Notes under the pieces: model-generated
The model's database searches: none
The model's input: only the letters and a program-made list of their open reading frames with translations
What the model was told of the DNA's origin: nothing
Source of the DNA: an uncultured Thermoleophilia bacterium
GTDB taxonomy: Bacteria; Actinomycetota; Thermoleophilia; UBA2241
Reading direction: 5' to 3'
DNA length: 64,000 nt
Assembly: GCA_963717965.1 (NCBI GenBank)
Contig: CAVQXS010000001.1
Span: forward strand, 2,755-66,754
Part shown: positions 30,509 through 39,662 of the stretch, piece after piece
How positions within the stretch are numbered: position 1 is the stretch's first letter
How the letters are laid out: every line of letters begins with the position of its first letter
Position numbers and translations under genes: made by a program

Positions 30509-31849
30509 TCAGGCAGGCAGCCTGTCCTCGAACCATAGCACCTTGGCGAACGGCCGCAGGCAGTGCTCGTGCCAGTTGGCCTGGCAGTAGCAGCCGACGC
30601 CGAGGAGCGCCACGATATCGCCCTCCTCGAGGGGCGGCAGCGCGTAGTCCTCGGCGAAGATGTCGGGACCCTCGTTGATGTGGCTGGTGAGGGTGTAGCG
30701 GGCCGTGCGCGGAGCATCGGCCGCACGGCACAGCACCGTCTCCACGTGCTCTCGGTAGATGAAGCGCAGGTGGACGAGGTTCCAGCCGATGGTGAGGCCG
30801 GCGAAGACGGCAGAGCCGTCGCCGGCCCGACTCCTGTCCTCGAGCGTGACCACCTCGGCGAGGGCGATCCCGGCGTTCTTGCTGAACATCTCGCCGGGCT
30901 CGCAGGCGATGGTCACGCCGAGCGGGCCGAGGTGCTCCGCCAGGATGGCCGCGTAGGCGTCGAGGTCCAGCGGACGCTGTCCCTGGCGCATGACGGCGGC
31001 GAGGCCGCCGCCGGCGTTGACTTCTCGGATGGGGCAGCCGGCGTCGACGGCGCGCCGCACCATGGCCGCGGCCGCCGCGACGGCGCGGTCGAACGCCGGC
31101 AGGTCGTCGTCGAGCAGGTGGTGGCTCACGTGGAAGTGGATCGTGTCGATCGTGAGGTCGTGCGAGCGCGCCAGCGCGACGGCGTCGTCGAGGCGCTCGG
31201 GGTAGATGCCGAACTTGGTCGGTCTGTCGCCGCTGTAGTAGCTGATGCCGCTCTCGGGGCGGGCGGCGCTGACGCGGGGGTTGATGCGGATGCCGATGGA
31301 GCCCCCGCGGGCCCGCCGCCCGTATCGCTCGATCTGGCTCAGCAGATCGAGGTTCACGTGCACGCCGTGCTCGAGCAAGACGTCGATGTCGCGGTCGCTC
31401 ACGTTGGTGCCGGTGTAGCTGATCTCGGAGGCCGGCCAGCCGTGGGCGAGGCCGTGCTCGACCTCGCCGGGCGAGCACACATCGAGGCCGATGAACTCCG
31501 GGGAGCCCGGCTCGCCGATGCCCCGGAGCCGGGCCAGCACCTCCGGCTCCCGCTGCGCCTTGAGCGCCCAGCGGACCCTCCACGGCAGGCCGGTGCGCGC
31601 CATCGCACCTTGAAGGGCGCGCACGTTCTCCTCCATGTGCGTCAGGTCGTAGACGAACAGGGGGACGCCGTGCTCGCGCGCCAGCGCCTCGGCGTCCCGT
31701 CCGGCGACCGTGAGCCGGCCGGCGGCGACGTCGAGTCCCGGCCGGCGCCACCAGTCCAGCGGGTGGCCGGCGGGCGCCGCGCCGGGGACGGCGGCTTCGC
31801 CACCTGCGGCGGCTTTGGCGCCGGGACGGGCGTCGGACGTGGTCGTCAC
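30509..31849 (-). CDS. PLP-dependent decarboxylase, Orn/DAP/Arg decarboxylase family 2
   Basis: 446 aa from a GTG preceded by AAAGGAG. Contains [30 protein letters not shown]. Confidence 0.8.
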   Translation of the reverse strand: MTTTSDARPGAKAAAGGEAAVPGAAPAGHPLDWWRRPGLDVAAGRLTVAGRDAEALAREHGVPLFVYDLTHMEENVRALQGAMARTGLPWRVRWALKAQREPEVLARLRGIGEPGSPEFIGLDVCSPGEVEHGLAHGWPASEISYTGTNVSDRDIDVLLEHGVHVNLDLLSQIERYGRRARGGSIGIRINPRVSAARPESGISYYSGDRPTKFGIYPERLDDAVALARSHDLTIDTIHFHVSHHLLDDDLPAFDRAVAAAAAMVRRAVDAGCPIREVNAGGGLAAVMRQGQRPLDLDAYAAILAEHLGPLGVTIACEPGEMFSKNAGIALAEVVTLEDRSRAGDGSAVFAGLTIGWNLVHLRFIYREHVETVLCRAADAPRTARYTLTSHINEGPDIFAEDYALPPLEEGDIVALLGVGCYCQANWHEHCLRPFAKVLWFEDRLPA

Positions 31850-32069
31850 GCGGACTCCTTTCGCTGCGCCGGCGCCTCCGCCGGCAGACCCTGAGTCTCT
31901 CGCGCCCGGGCCGGCCGGCGCAAGCGCCGGCGCCGGTAAGGGGTTTCGGGCCCGCCCGCCGGCGGGCACGATTCTCCGGGGCGGTCTCTGGCCGCCCGGC
32001 GCGCTACACTGGAGCCCGCGCCGACCGACGGCGCATGCCGCCACCATTCGCTGCCCGAGGAGGCCGAGG

Positions 32070-32234
32070 ATGACCAAGTACGTTTGCACCGTCTGCGACT
32101 ACGTGTACGACCCCGCGGTCGGCGATCCCGACAACGGCGTCGAGCCGGGCACCGCGTTCGAGGACCTGCCCGACGACTGGGTCTGCCCCGAGTGCGGCGT
32201 CGACAAGGAAGAGTTCGAGGCCGTCGAGGACTGA
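32070..32234 (+). CDS. Rubredoxin
   Basis: 54 aa [50 protein letters not shown] with two CxxC pairs. Confidence 0.9.
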   Translation: MTKYVCTVCDYVYDPAVGDPDNGVEPGTAFEDLPDDWVCPECGVDKEEFEAVED

Positions 32235-32252
32235 CTGCCTCTCGCTCCAGGG

Positions 32253-33464
32253 TCAGTCCGCGGCGACCGGCCTCAGCCCCTCCGCGAACGAGATCAGCTC
32301 CTGCCGGGTGAGCGCGCCGGTGACGAATGCCGCCCGGCGCTCCCCGGCGACGAACAGCGACGGCCCCGATGCCTGATACCACGTGAAGGCCGTCGCTCCC
32401 TTGAACGCGCCGAACTGCAGGGTGGTCGTCTGGTACGAGAGCCGGCTGGTCCTGGCCTCCTCGAGGCCGTCCTGCAGCGTCGGCAGGTAGAACTCCGTCG
32501 CCTGAGGCCCCACCTGCTCGACCGTGAACCAACTGAGGCCGCGGGTGTAGAGCTGTGCGATTCCGCGGTCGTCCGGGCCGCGATGCGGAGGTTCTACGTC
32601 GGGGCCGAAGACCCACACCATCGGCGCGTCACCGGTGTCGAAGGTGGCGACCGCCCTGAGCGCGAAGCCGTCCGGCGCGAGGCCGGACACGAGCGGGTCG
32701 TAGCCGGCGGTGCGGCCCGCCGCCGCCGGCGACGACTCGTAGGTGTACGTGCGATCGACGGTGGTCTTCGCCGGCAATGAGCCAGTGTCCACGGAGTACG
32801 TGCGGCCGGCGGAGGGCGGTGACGCCCAATCGACCGTTGCGGTGAAGGTCGAGAGGCCGTCGGTGTACCAGGTCACGATGCCGGTCTGCTGGTCGACGAC
32901 GAGCTCGATGGGTACGTCGTCCAGCGTCATCGCCGCGCGCCAGACTGCGCGGTCGCCGTCCTTGAGCGGCTTGATGCCGACGGTATCGTCTCTGTCCTCG
33001 ACGGCGGTGCGGACGATCGCGGCCAGACCCTGGTAGTCGAGCGGGCTGTGCGTGGCAACGCGCCAGACCGGCGGCCAGGCGCCGACAGTGCGGTCATACG
33101 TGGTGCGCACGCCTGGGCCCTGAACGGTCGTCTCCGTGCGCGTCGTCGCATCGTACGCGGAGACCGGCGGCGTGCTGCCCAGCAGGATCTCCATGGGCTC
33201 CGCCTCGCCTCCCGCGTTGCCGCCCGCCACGGCGCTGAAGGTGCCCGTCTGGCCGACGTAGGGGCGCGGCGGCTGCCACGTGTACCTGCCCTGGATCCCC
33301 GTGACGGTCGGCGCCGGCGCGGCCGGGCCCGAGCGCAGGAAGAAGGCCCACGCGAGGGCGAAGACGATCATGAGCGCCAGCAGGGTGGCGGCGAAGCCGG
33401 CCGGGCGCCGGTTGGCGCGCGAGGTGATGATCTCCCGGCTTCGTCGCTGGGGTGGGGTCGCCAT
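32253..33464 (-). CDS. Hypothetical membrane-anchored extracytoplasmic protein
   Basis: 403-aa ORF with a single N-terminal TM (FAATLLALMIVFALAWAFFL). No recognisable family. Translationally coupled to the small upstream ORF. Confidence 0.6.
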   Translation of the reverse strand: MATPPQRRSREIITSRANRRPAGFAATLLALMIVFALAWAFFLRSGPAAPAPTVTGIQGRYTWQPPRPYVGQTGTFSAVAGGNAGGEAEPMEILLGSTPPVSAYDATTRTETTVQGPGVRTTYDRTVGAWPPVWRVATHSPLDYQGLAAIVRTAVEDRDDTVGIKPLKDGDRAVWRAAMTLDDVPIELVVDQQTGIVTWYTDGLSTFTATVDWASPPSAGRTYSVDTGSLPAKTTVDRTYTYESSPAAAGRTAGYDPLVSGLAPDGFALRAVATFDTGDAPMVWVFGPDVEPPHRGPDDRGIAQLYTRGLSWFTVEQVGPQATEFYLPTLQDGLEEARTSRLSYQTTTLQFGAFKGATAFTWYQASGPSLFVAGERRAAFVTGALTRQELISFAEGLRPVAAD

Positions 33465-33598
33465 CAGTCCTTGGGGCGGCTGCCCCAGACGAAGAACACG
33501 GGCAGCAGCAGAAAGGCGAAGCCGAGGCGCCGCGAGACGAAGAAGGTCAGTGCAGCGATCAGCAGGCTGAGGGCGATGAGCTGCCAGGTGCGCGACAT
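33464..33598 (-). CDS. Small hypothetical two-TM protein
   Basis: MSRTWQLIALSLLIAALTFFVSRRLGFAFLLLPVFFVWGSRPKD. Its stop overlaps the next start. Confidence 0.4.
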   Translation of the reverse strand: MSRTWQLIALSLLIAALTFFVSRRLGFAFLLLPVFFVWGSRPKD

Positions 33599-33774
33599 GC
33601 GGCTAGCCTGACGGCCGCCGCCCGGCGGCGCAAGCGGACGCCGGCGCATGCCAGCCGGGGCGCATGGCGGGTACGGCGCCCGGCGCCGCAGACCGCGGCC
33701 GATCGCTGGCGGCGAGCCCGCACCTTGTGATTACGTAGCTGCAGCCCATCCATCACCGGCCCGGGAGGCAGGGC

Positions 33775-35244
33775 GTGAAGCGAAACCTGTTCGCCGGCGG
33801 TCGCCGCAGCGGCGGCCTCCGGCTCGACGTGTTCACCGACGCCGAGCTCCAGGACATCCACCTCGCGACGCTGGAGATCCTGGAGCGGACCGGCGTCTGG
33901 GTGGAGATCGACGAGGCGCTCGACATCTTCGGCGACGGCGGGTGCGTCGTCGACCGGCAGACGCGCATCGTGCGCATCCCGCCGCACCTCGTGGAGGACG
34001 CGATCCGCAGCGCGCCCGCCAGCATCACCCTCTGCGGCCGCGACCCGAAGAACGACATCGTCGTCGAGGCCGGACGCGTGGGCTTCAGCAACTTCGGCGA
34101 GGGCGTGATGGTGGTCGACCCGCACAGCGGCGAGCTGCGCACGTCGACCAAGCAGGACCTCGCCGACATCGCCCGCGTCTGCGACGCGCTGCCCAACGTC
34201 GACGTCTTCGAGATCGCCGTCGGCGCCGGGGACAAGCCGCCGGCGACGGCGTCTGTCCACAACCACGAGGCGGCGATCGTCAATCAGACGAAGCCGATCT
34301 CCGGCGGTCCGCTCGACGGCCGCGCGGTCAGGATCAGCCTGCGGATGCTCGAGGCGGTGCAGGGCAGCCCGGAGGCGGTGTGCGAGCGGCCGATGATGAT
34401 CATGGGCACCTGCCCCGTGAGCCCGCTGAAGCTCGTCAAGGACTGCTGCGAGATCGTCATCGAGGCGGCGCGTGCCGGCGTGCCCAGCTGCGTGCTCAGC
34501 ATGGCGATGGCCGGCGGCTCCAGCCCGGTCACGCTGGCCGGGACGCTGGTGACGCACAACGCCGAGGTGCTGGCCGGCATCGTGCTCTCGCAGCTCACCG
34601 AGCGCGGCAGCAAGGTCCTGTACGGGAGCTCGACGACGGCGATGGACCTCAAGCTGGCGGCCGCCTCGGTCGGCTCGCCGGAGCTCGCCCTGATCAGCGC
34701 CGGCGTGGCCCAGCTCGCCCGGCAGTACCGCCTGCCCAGCTACATCGCCGGTGCGTAGGGCGACAGCAAGCTCGGTGACGCCCAGACCGGTCACGAGAAG
34801 ACCCTCACGGCTCTCGTAGCGGCGTTGGCAGGGACCAACCTGATCTACGGCCTGGGGATGATCGAGTCGGGCGTCACCTTCGACTACGCGCAGCTCGTCA
34901 TGGACGACGAGCTCGCGAGCATGGTGAAGCACGTGGTCGGGGGAATCCGCGTCGACGACGAGGCGCTGGCGGTGGACGACATCGCCGCGGTGGGGTCGTT
35001 CGGCGACTTCCTGAGCCTCGACGCGACGATGAGGCACATGCGCGAGGCCTCGCAGCCGGAGCTGCTCGACCGCCGCGTGCGCGAGGACTGGGAGGCGCGC
35101 GGGAGCAGCGACCTCCACCAGCGGTCGCTGGAGAAGGCGCGCCACATCCTGGAGACCCATCACCCGGAGCCGCTGCCCGGCGACGTGCTGCGGCGCATCC
35201 GCGCGATCGTCGACGACGCCGACCGCGAGCTGGCCGGGGGCTGA
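33775..35244 (+). CDS. mttB: Trimethylamine methyltransferase MttB homologue with in-frame TAG (candidate pyrrolysine codon) at 34756..34758
   Basis: ORF 33775..34758 (327 codons, then TAG) and ORF 34825..35244 share a frame. Sequence stays protein-like across the gap: [46 protein letters not shown]. Joined length is 489 aa. GGGAGG lies before the GTG. Final stop is TGA. Confidence 0.85.
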
Positions 35245-35291
35245 CGCGCCCGACCCGGACCGCGCGTCTGCGGCGCGCCGTGTGCGGGAGC

Positions 35292-35993
35292 TCAGCCGCC
35301 CGGCGGCGTGCTCAGCATGCCGATCACGGGGACCGGGCCGAGCGCGTCGCTCCAGCCGGTCGTGAGCATGACCTTGAGCGCGTAGCTCTGGCCGACGACG
35401 GTGTAGCTGAACGCGCCGAGGGTGGTGTCCGCGACCATGTCGGCGCCGGTCCACGGGTTCTTCGGCCAGACGTAGCTCGTCCCGAACATCGCCCCGGTCA
35501 CGTCGTCAGGCGCCGGGTACGCCCCGCCGTGCGTCGCGGCGTACGCCTCGACGTAGCGCTGCAGGAGGAGCAGGTTCTGCCTTGCCGCGGTGTTGCGCTC
35601 GCTCTTGAACCACGCCGGCATTCCACCGCTGAGCCGCCAGTCACCGCTGGACAGGTGGACGACGAGCTTGTAGCTGAGGCCGCTGGCGCTCGGCGTGTAC
35701 GTGTAGGTGCCCTTCGAGGTGCCCGGCCCCATGACCCTTCCGGTCCACGGGTTGGACGGCCAGATGATGGTCGAGGTCGGCAGACCGCCGCCCTTCTTCA
35801 CCATCGACTTCGGCGGATACACGAAGTGGTGGGCGACGCCGTAGTCGTTGACGTACTTCTGGATGAGGAGCGAGCCGGCCTGCACCTGCTTGTCGACGAA
35901 GCTGACGGCGTGCGCCTGTCGCGGGGTCGCCGCCGAGAGGGTGAGGGCAAGGGCCGCGGCCGCCAGGGCGACGACGATCCTGTGTCTGGTCAC
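35292..35993 (-). CDS. Secreted protein with two pilin-like WPxNPWTG modules
   Basis: GTG preceded by AGGAGG. Signal peptide ...LSAATPRQAHA. Modules are WPSNPWTGRVMGPGTSKGTYTYTPSASGLSYKLVVHLSSG and WPKNPWTGADMVADTTLGAFSYTVVGQSYALKVMLTTG. Confidence 0.65.
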   Translation of the reverse strand: MTRHRIVVALAAAALALTLSAATPRQAHAVSFVDKQVQAGSLLIQKYVNDYGVAHHFVYPPKSMVKKGGGLPTSTIIWPSNPWTGRVMGPGTSKGTYTYTPSASGLSYKLVVHLSSGDWRLSGGMPAWFKSERNTAARQNLLLLQRYVEAYAATHGGAYPAPDDVTGAMFGTSYVWPKNPWTGADMVADTTLGAFSYTVVGQSYALKVMLTTGWSDALGPVPVIGMLSTPPGG

Positions 35994-36013
35994 GAGGGTG
36001 CCTCCTGTGGTCG

Positions 36014-37042
36014 TCAGAGCTTCGCGGGGCCGGAGTCGCGCGCCGGCCCCGCAGGCGACGGCGCGGTGCCGCCGGCCTCGAAGTCGCCGGAGTGGAGGTG
36101 GATGGTGAGGACGTACGCCCCCGCCTCGGCGGGCGCGTACGTGTAAGAGCCCGGTCCGGGGCCCGGCAGCATCGCGGCGCCGCTGGTCGGGTCCTGCGGC
36201 CAGTCGGGGTGCGCCGCCCCCACGGCGGCGCCCGGCGCGAGATCCATGACCTGCGGCAGCGCGCCGCCGTGCTGCAGCGACCACTGGCCGACGTAGCCGG
36301 CGAGGATGCGCCCGTTCCGCCGCAGGATCTCATCTTCGAGGCTGGCGAGCAGGTGCTGCCACGGGCTGGTGACGGTCGTGCCGGTGAGCACGTAGTCGTT
36401 CTTGAGGGCGCGGTGCAGTCGCAGCGTGTACGACGCCCGGTCCGCCGCGACCTGGTAGGCGAACGACCCCTTGTCACGGCGCTGCGCCATCATCAGGTGG
36501 TCCCACGGGTTGCTGGGCCAGTAGTGGTGCCTGGGCTCGTTGCGGACGGCGCCGACGGCGCTCACATCGGCGGGCAGCGGGAAGCGGCCGTTGTGAGCGG
36601 CGGCGTAGTCCTCGACGTACTGGCGGATGAGGTTGATACCCTCTTCGCTGCGATGGTCGTAGGCGAGCATGATGGAGCGCGGCATGCCGCCGCTGACGGT
36701 GATGCTGCCGCCGGCGAGATAGCCGACCAGGCGGTAGCGCCGGCGGTCGGTCGTGACCGTGTAGGTGTAGTGGCCGCGCGTCGAGCCGGGGTGCAGGGCA
36801 CCGCCCGTCCAGGGGTTGACCGGCCACCACGTCCCGCCGAGATGGCCGGGGCGGACTGCCGTAGGCCGCGGGTACTCGAAGTAGCGCGCGGCCCCCTCGC
36901 GGTCGATGAGGCCGCGCAGGGCCATGACCGCCTGACGCATCTCGTCGTTGGCCGAGGCGGCGCGGGCCGGCGCGGAAGCGCCCGCGCCGAGGCAGACCGC
37001 CGCGAGCAGCACGGCGCCGAGCACGAGTATGCGTCGGATCAT
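36014..37042 (-). CDS. Secreted protein with three pilin-like modules
   Basis: Signal peptide MIRRILVLGAVLLAAVCLGAGASAPARA. Modules are WPVNPWTGGALHPGSTRGHYTYTV...YRLVGYLAGG, WPSNPWDHLMMAQRRDKGSFAYQV...YTLRLH, and WPQDPTSGAAMLPGPGPGSYTYAP...YVLTIHLHSG. Confidence 0.65.
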   Translation of the reverse strand: MIRRILVLGAVLLAAVCLGAGASAPARAASANDEMRQAVMALRGLIDREGAARYFEYPRPTAVRPGHLGGTWWPVNPWTGGALHPGSTRGHYTYTVTTDRRRYRLVGYLAGGSITVSGGMPRSIMLAYDHRSEEGINLIRQYVEDYAAAHNGRFPLPADVSAVGAVRNEPRHHYWPSNPWDHLMMAQRRDKGSFAYQVAADRASYTLRLHRALKNDYVLTGTTVTSPWQHLLASLEDEILRRNGRILAGYVGQWSLQHGGALPQVMDLAPGAAVGAAHPDWPQDPTSGAAMLPGPGPGSYTYAPAEAGAYVLTIHLHSGDFEAGGTAPSPAGPARDSGPAKL

Positions 37043-37192
37043 TGCGGTGTTCGGCCCCTTGTTCCGCTCCAGTGTGGCGGCGCACCCGATCACGGTCAAC
37101 CGCCCGGCGCACATCCGCGCGGCGCCTGCTGATACGATTCGCCGCGGGGCGCCGCGGGGCCTGCGGCCGGCGCCCGGCTGTCGAGACGCGAG

Positions 37193-38587
37193 GTGATGCC
37201 GGTGGAGGCGAAGATCCCCACGCGCATGGGCGATGGGTTCATGGTCGAGATGACGCGCAGCGAGCTGCGTGCCGACCTCGAGGACGCGACGCGGGCGGCG
37301 GCACGCAAGGCCAAGGCGCCGCCGCTCACTCCCGATGAGCTCGACCACCTGCTCGATATCTACGCCTCGCGCGCCGCCTTCACCGCCGTCGACATCGGCG
37401 ACCAGGTGGTCCTCAGCTGCGACGGCGGCGGCAGCAAGATGACCGGCACCGACCTGCTCGACCTGCTCGAGAGCGAGCAGCGCCTGGGCCAGGACATCCT
37501 CGAGCTCTGGCACATCGAGTACAGCTACAAGGCGATCAAGACGATCCTGCCGTTCCAGCAGCAGGTGATGCAGAACTGCCAGCTGATGATGACGGCGCCG
37601 GTGCAGTACGGCGCCCAGCCCAACCTGGCCTTCTACAGCAAGCCGGACGGGCCGGCGGACAACTGGTTCGAGCTGCTGCCGCGCGGCGAGATCGCCGGCG
37701 CCCGCGCGGCCATCGACGAGGCCATGGACCACGCCACCAAGGACTTCATCTACGTGGGCGAGGGCATGCTGGAGGCCGGCGCCGACGGCATGGACTTCGA
37801 CACCACCGGCGGCGCCGGCGACGCCGACTTCTTCAGCACGCTGCGCGCGGTGAAGCACCTGCGCGCGAAGTACCCGGACGCCGGCATCGAGGTCGGCATG
37901 GCCGGCGAGTTCGTGATCGGCGTGCACGGCGAGCTCGAGTGGGACGGCCGCCGGCTCGCCGGGCTGTGGCCGAAGGAGCAGCTCGAGGTGTGCCAGGACG
38001 CCGGCGCCACCATCTTCGGGCCGGCGGTCAACATCCGCACGGGCAAGAGCTGCGCCTGGAACACCGCCTACTCGATCACGGTGATGAAGCCGTGCATGGA
38101 CGTGGCCCGCATCCCCGTGCATCCCAACGTCGGCGAGGGCGTGGGCGGCGTGCCGGTGAACGGCTACCCGCCCGAGGACGCGGCGTCCCGGGCGGCCAAG
38201 GCGCACGTAGACCTGCTGCGCTGCGACGGGTTGTAGGTGGGCTCGGGTGACTCCAGAGGCATGGATGTCACCCACGCGCTCGCCGCGGGCATGGGCGGGA
38301 TGCGCACGGCCGGAGACCTGGTCGCGCGCATGCAAATGGCCCGCGGGATGCGCCTTCCGGAGGCGAAGAGCTACGTCGCGGACCGCCTCGGCTGCACCGT
38401 CCGCGACCTCAGCGACAGCTACGCGATGGAGCAGATCCGCGGCGAGAAAGGCCTGGGGCGGATCCTCGACCACTCCAACCTGCACCCGGGCGAGCCGAAC
38501 GCGATGATGGCCAAGTTCCGCATCGCCGAGCTGCTCGGCGTGCCGATCAGCTCGGTGGAGCGCTTTCGGGAGCTGGCGGGGCTGTAG
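37193..38587 (+). CDS. mtbB: Dimethylamine methyltransferase MtbB homologue with in-frame TAG (candidate pyrrolysine codon) at 38234..38236
   Basis: ORF 37193..38236 is followed without a gap by same-frame ORF 38237..38587. Blocks RMGDG, FDTTGGAGDADFF, AGLWP, LRCDGL-TAG-VGSGDS and RTAGDLVARMQ match my recollection of methanogen MtbB. Joined length is 464 aa. The terminal stop is also TAG. Confidence 0.9.
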
Positions 38588-39071
38588 CCGCCTTTGCGGC
38601 GGCGCGCGCGACGAACCACCCGACCAGCGCCGCCGCGAGCCCGATGGGCAGGAGCAGGACGCCGGCCAGCACGGTCAGGTACAGGCCGAGGCCGGGGCTC
38701 ATGAAGCCGATCTGGCCGGCGGCGTCGCTGCCGACGCCGATGACGGCGACGCCACAGCACGCGACCAGCACGCCGAGCAGCCATGAGAAGCGGCGCGGCG
38801 TCGTGAGTGCCATGAGCACGCCGAGGCTCACCACGACGAGGGCCAGGACGATCGCCGGCGTGCCCCACGGCGTCTGCAGCACGCCGTTGATGTCGGCCGG
38901 CATGGACAGGCCGTAGTTGACCTGCCCCGGCTTGTCCTCGTTCGCCCAGGGCAGGAACACGGCGACCACGAGGACGGCTCCGGTGAGCAGCGTCAGGATG
39001 CCGTCGCCGACCCAGTCGCGGCGCAGCAGGCGCGGGTTCTCGAGGCGCTTCATGGGTCCAGTATCGCCCAT
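38547..39071 (-). CDS. Hypothetical integral membrane protein (4-5 TM); start uncertain
   Basis: ORF containing MKRLENPRLLRRDWVGDGILTLLTGAVLVVAVFLPW... Its 3' end overlaps the mtbB 3' end by about 40 nt. Confidence 0.5.
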   Translation of the reverse strand: MGDTGPMKRLENPRLLRRDWVGDGILTLLTGAVLVVAVFLPWANEDKPGQVNYGLSMPADINGVLQTPWGTPAIVLALVVVSLGVLMALTTPRRFSWLLGVLVACCGVAVIGVGSDAAGQIGFMSPGLGLYLTVLAGVLLLPIGLAAALVGWFVARAAAKAATAPPAPESAPPS

Positions 39072-39196
39072 CTGCGAAGTGACGTGAACACGGGAAGCAG
39101 CCGCGGCCGCGGGGAGGCCGACCGAGGACCGCTTCAGCCGGCGGCGAACGCTGCCGATGGATGGACACACGTCGAGCCACCGCCGGAGGCAGGCAC

Positions 39197-39580
39197 ATGA
39201 AACGGATCGCGGGCATCGCCCTCATCGTCGTCGTGGCGCTCGCCGTCACCGGGGCGTTCGCCGGCTGCGGCTGCCAGGAGCAGGCGGTGGAGAACACCAC
39301 CGGGACGATCGACGTGGCCAAGGACGCGGCGGCCAAGGCCCAGCTGGTGCCGATCAAGACCGCCGTGCAGTCCTACGTCATCTCCAACGGCGCGCTGCCG
39401 CCCGACGCTTCGCAGGCGACCCTCGGGGGCTTCGTCCAGCCGTGGCCGACGAACCCCTTCACCAACGCACCGATGAAGCAGGGCGACGGCGTGGGCGACT
39501 ACGTCTACACGCCCGGGGCCGGGACCGACTTCACGCTTGCGGTCCACCTCTCCGACGGGAGCACCGCCACAGCGCCGTGA
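39197..39580 (+). CDS. Lipoprotein with one pilin-like module
   Basis: MKRIAGIALIVVVALAVTGAFAGCGC lipobox, then IKTAVQSYVISNGALPPD...WPTNPFTNAPMKQGDGVGDYVYTPGAGTDFTLAVHLSDG. Confidence 0.65.
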   Translation: MKRIAGIALIVVVALAVTGAFAGCGCQEQAVENTTGTIDVAKDAAAKAQLVPIKTAVQSYVISNGALPPDASQATLGGFVQPWPTNPFTNAPMKQGDGVGDYVYTPGAGTDFTLAVHLSDGSTATAP

Positions 39581-39662
39581 GCGGGTAAGGGCGGAGCGCG
39601 GTGAGCTCCCCGCCCCGGCGCCGCCTGTCCCCGCGCTGTCGGACGAGGCGCCGGCCGCAGGC

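Noticed and set aside
27130-30726. 1198-aa ORF on the minus strand
   Set aside because: It is antisense to the cupin, permease and molybdoenzyme genes. The translation is Arg/Gly/Asp/His-rich low complexity with no recognisable domain. This is the typical long spurious ORF of high-GC DNA.
33559-35454. 631-aa ORF antisense to mttB
   Set aside because: It has the same low-complexity Arg/Asp/His/Gly composition. The sense strand encodes a full-length MttB homologue.
37043-38485. N-terminal 481 codons of the 823-aa minus-strand ORF 36014..38485
   Set aside because: Only the part from MIRRILVLG (37042) downward has a signal peptide and the repeated modules. The upstream part is antisense to mtbB and looks like composition-driven noise.
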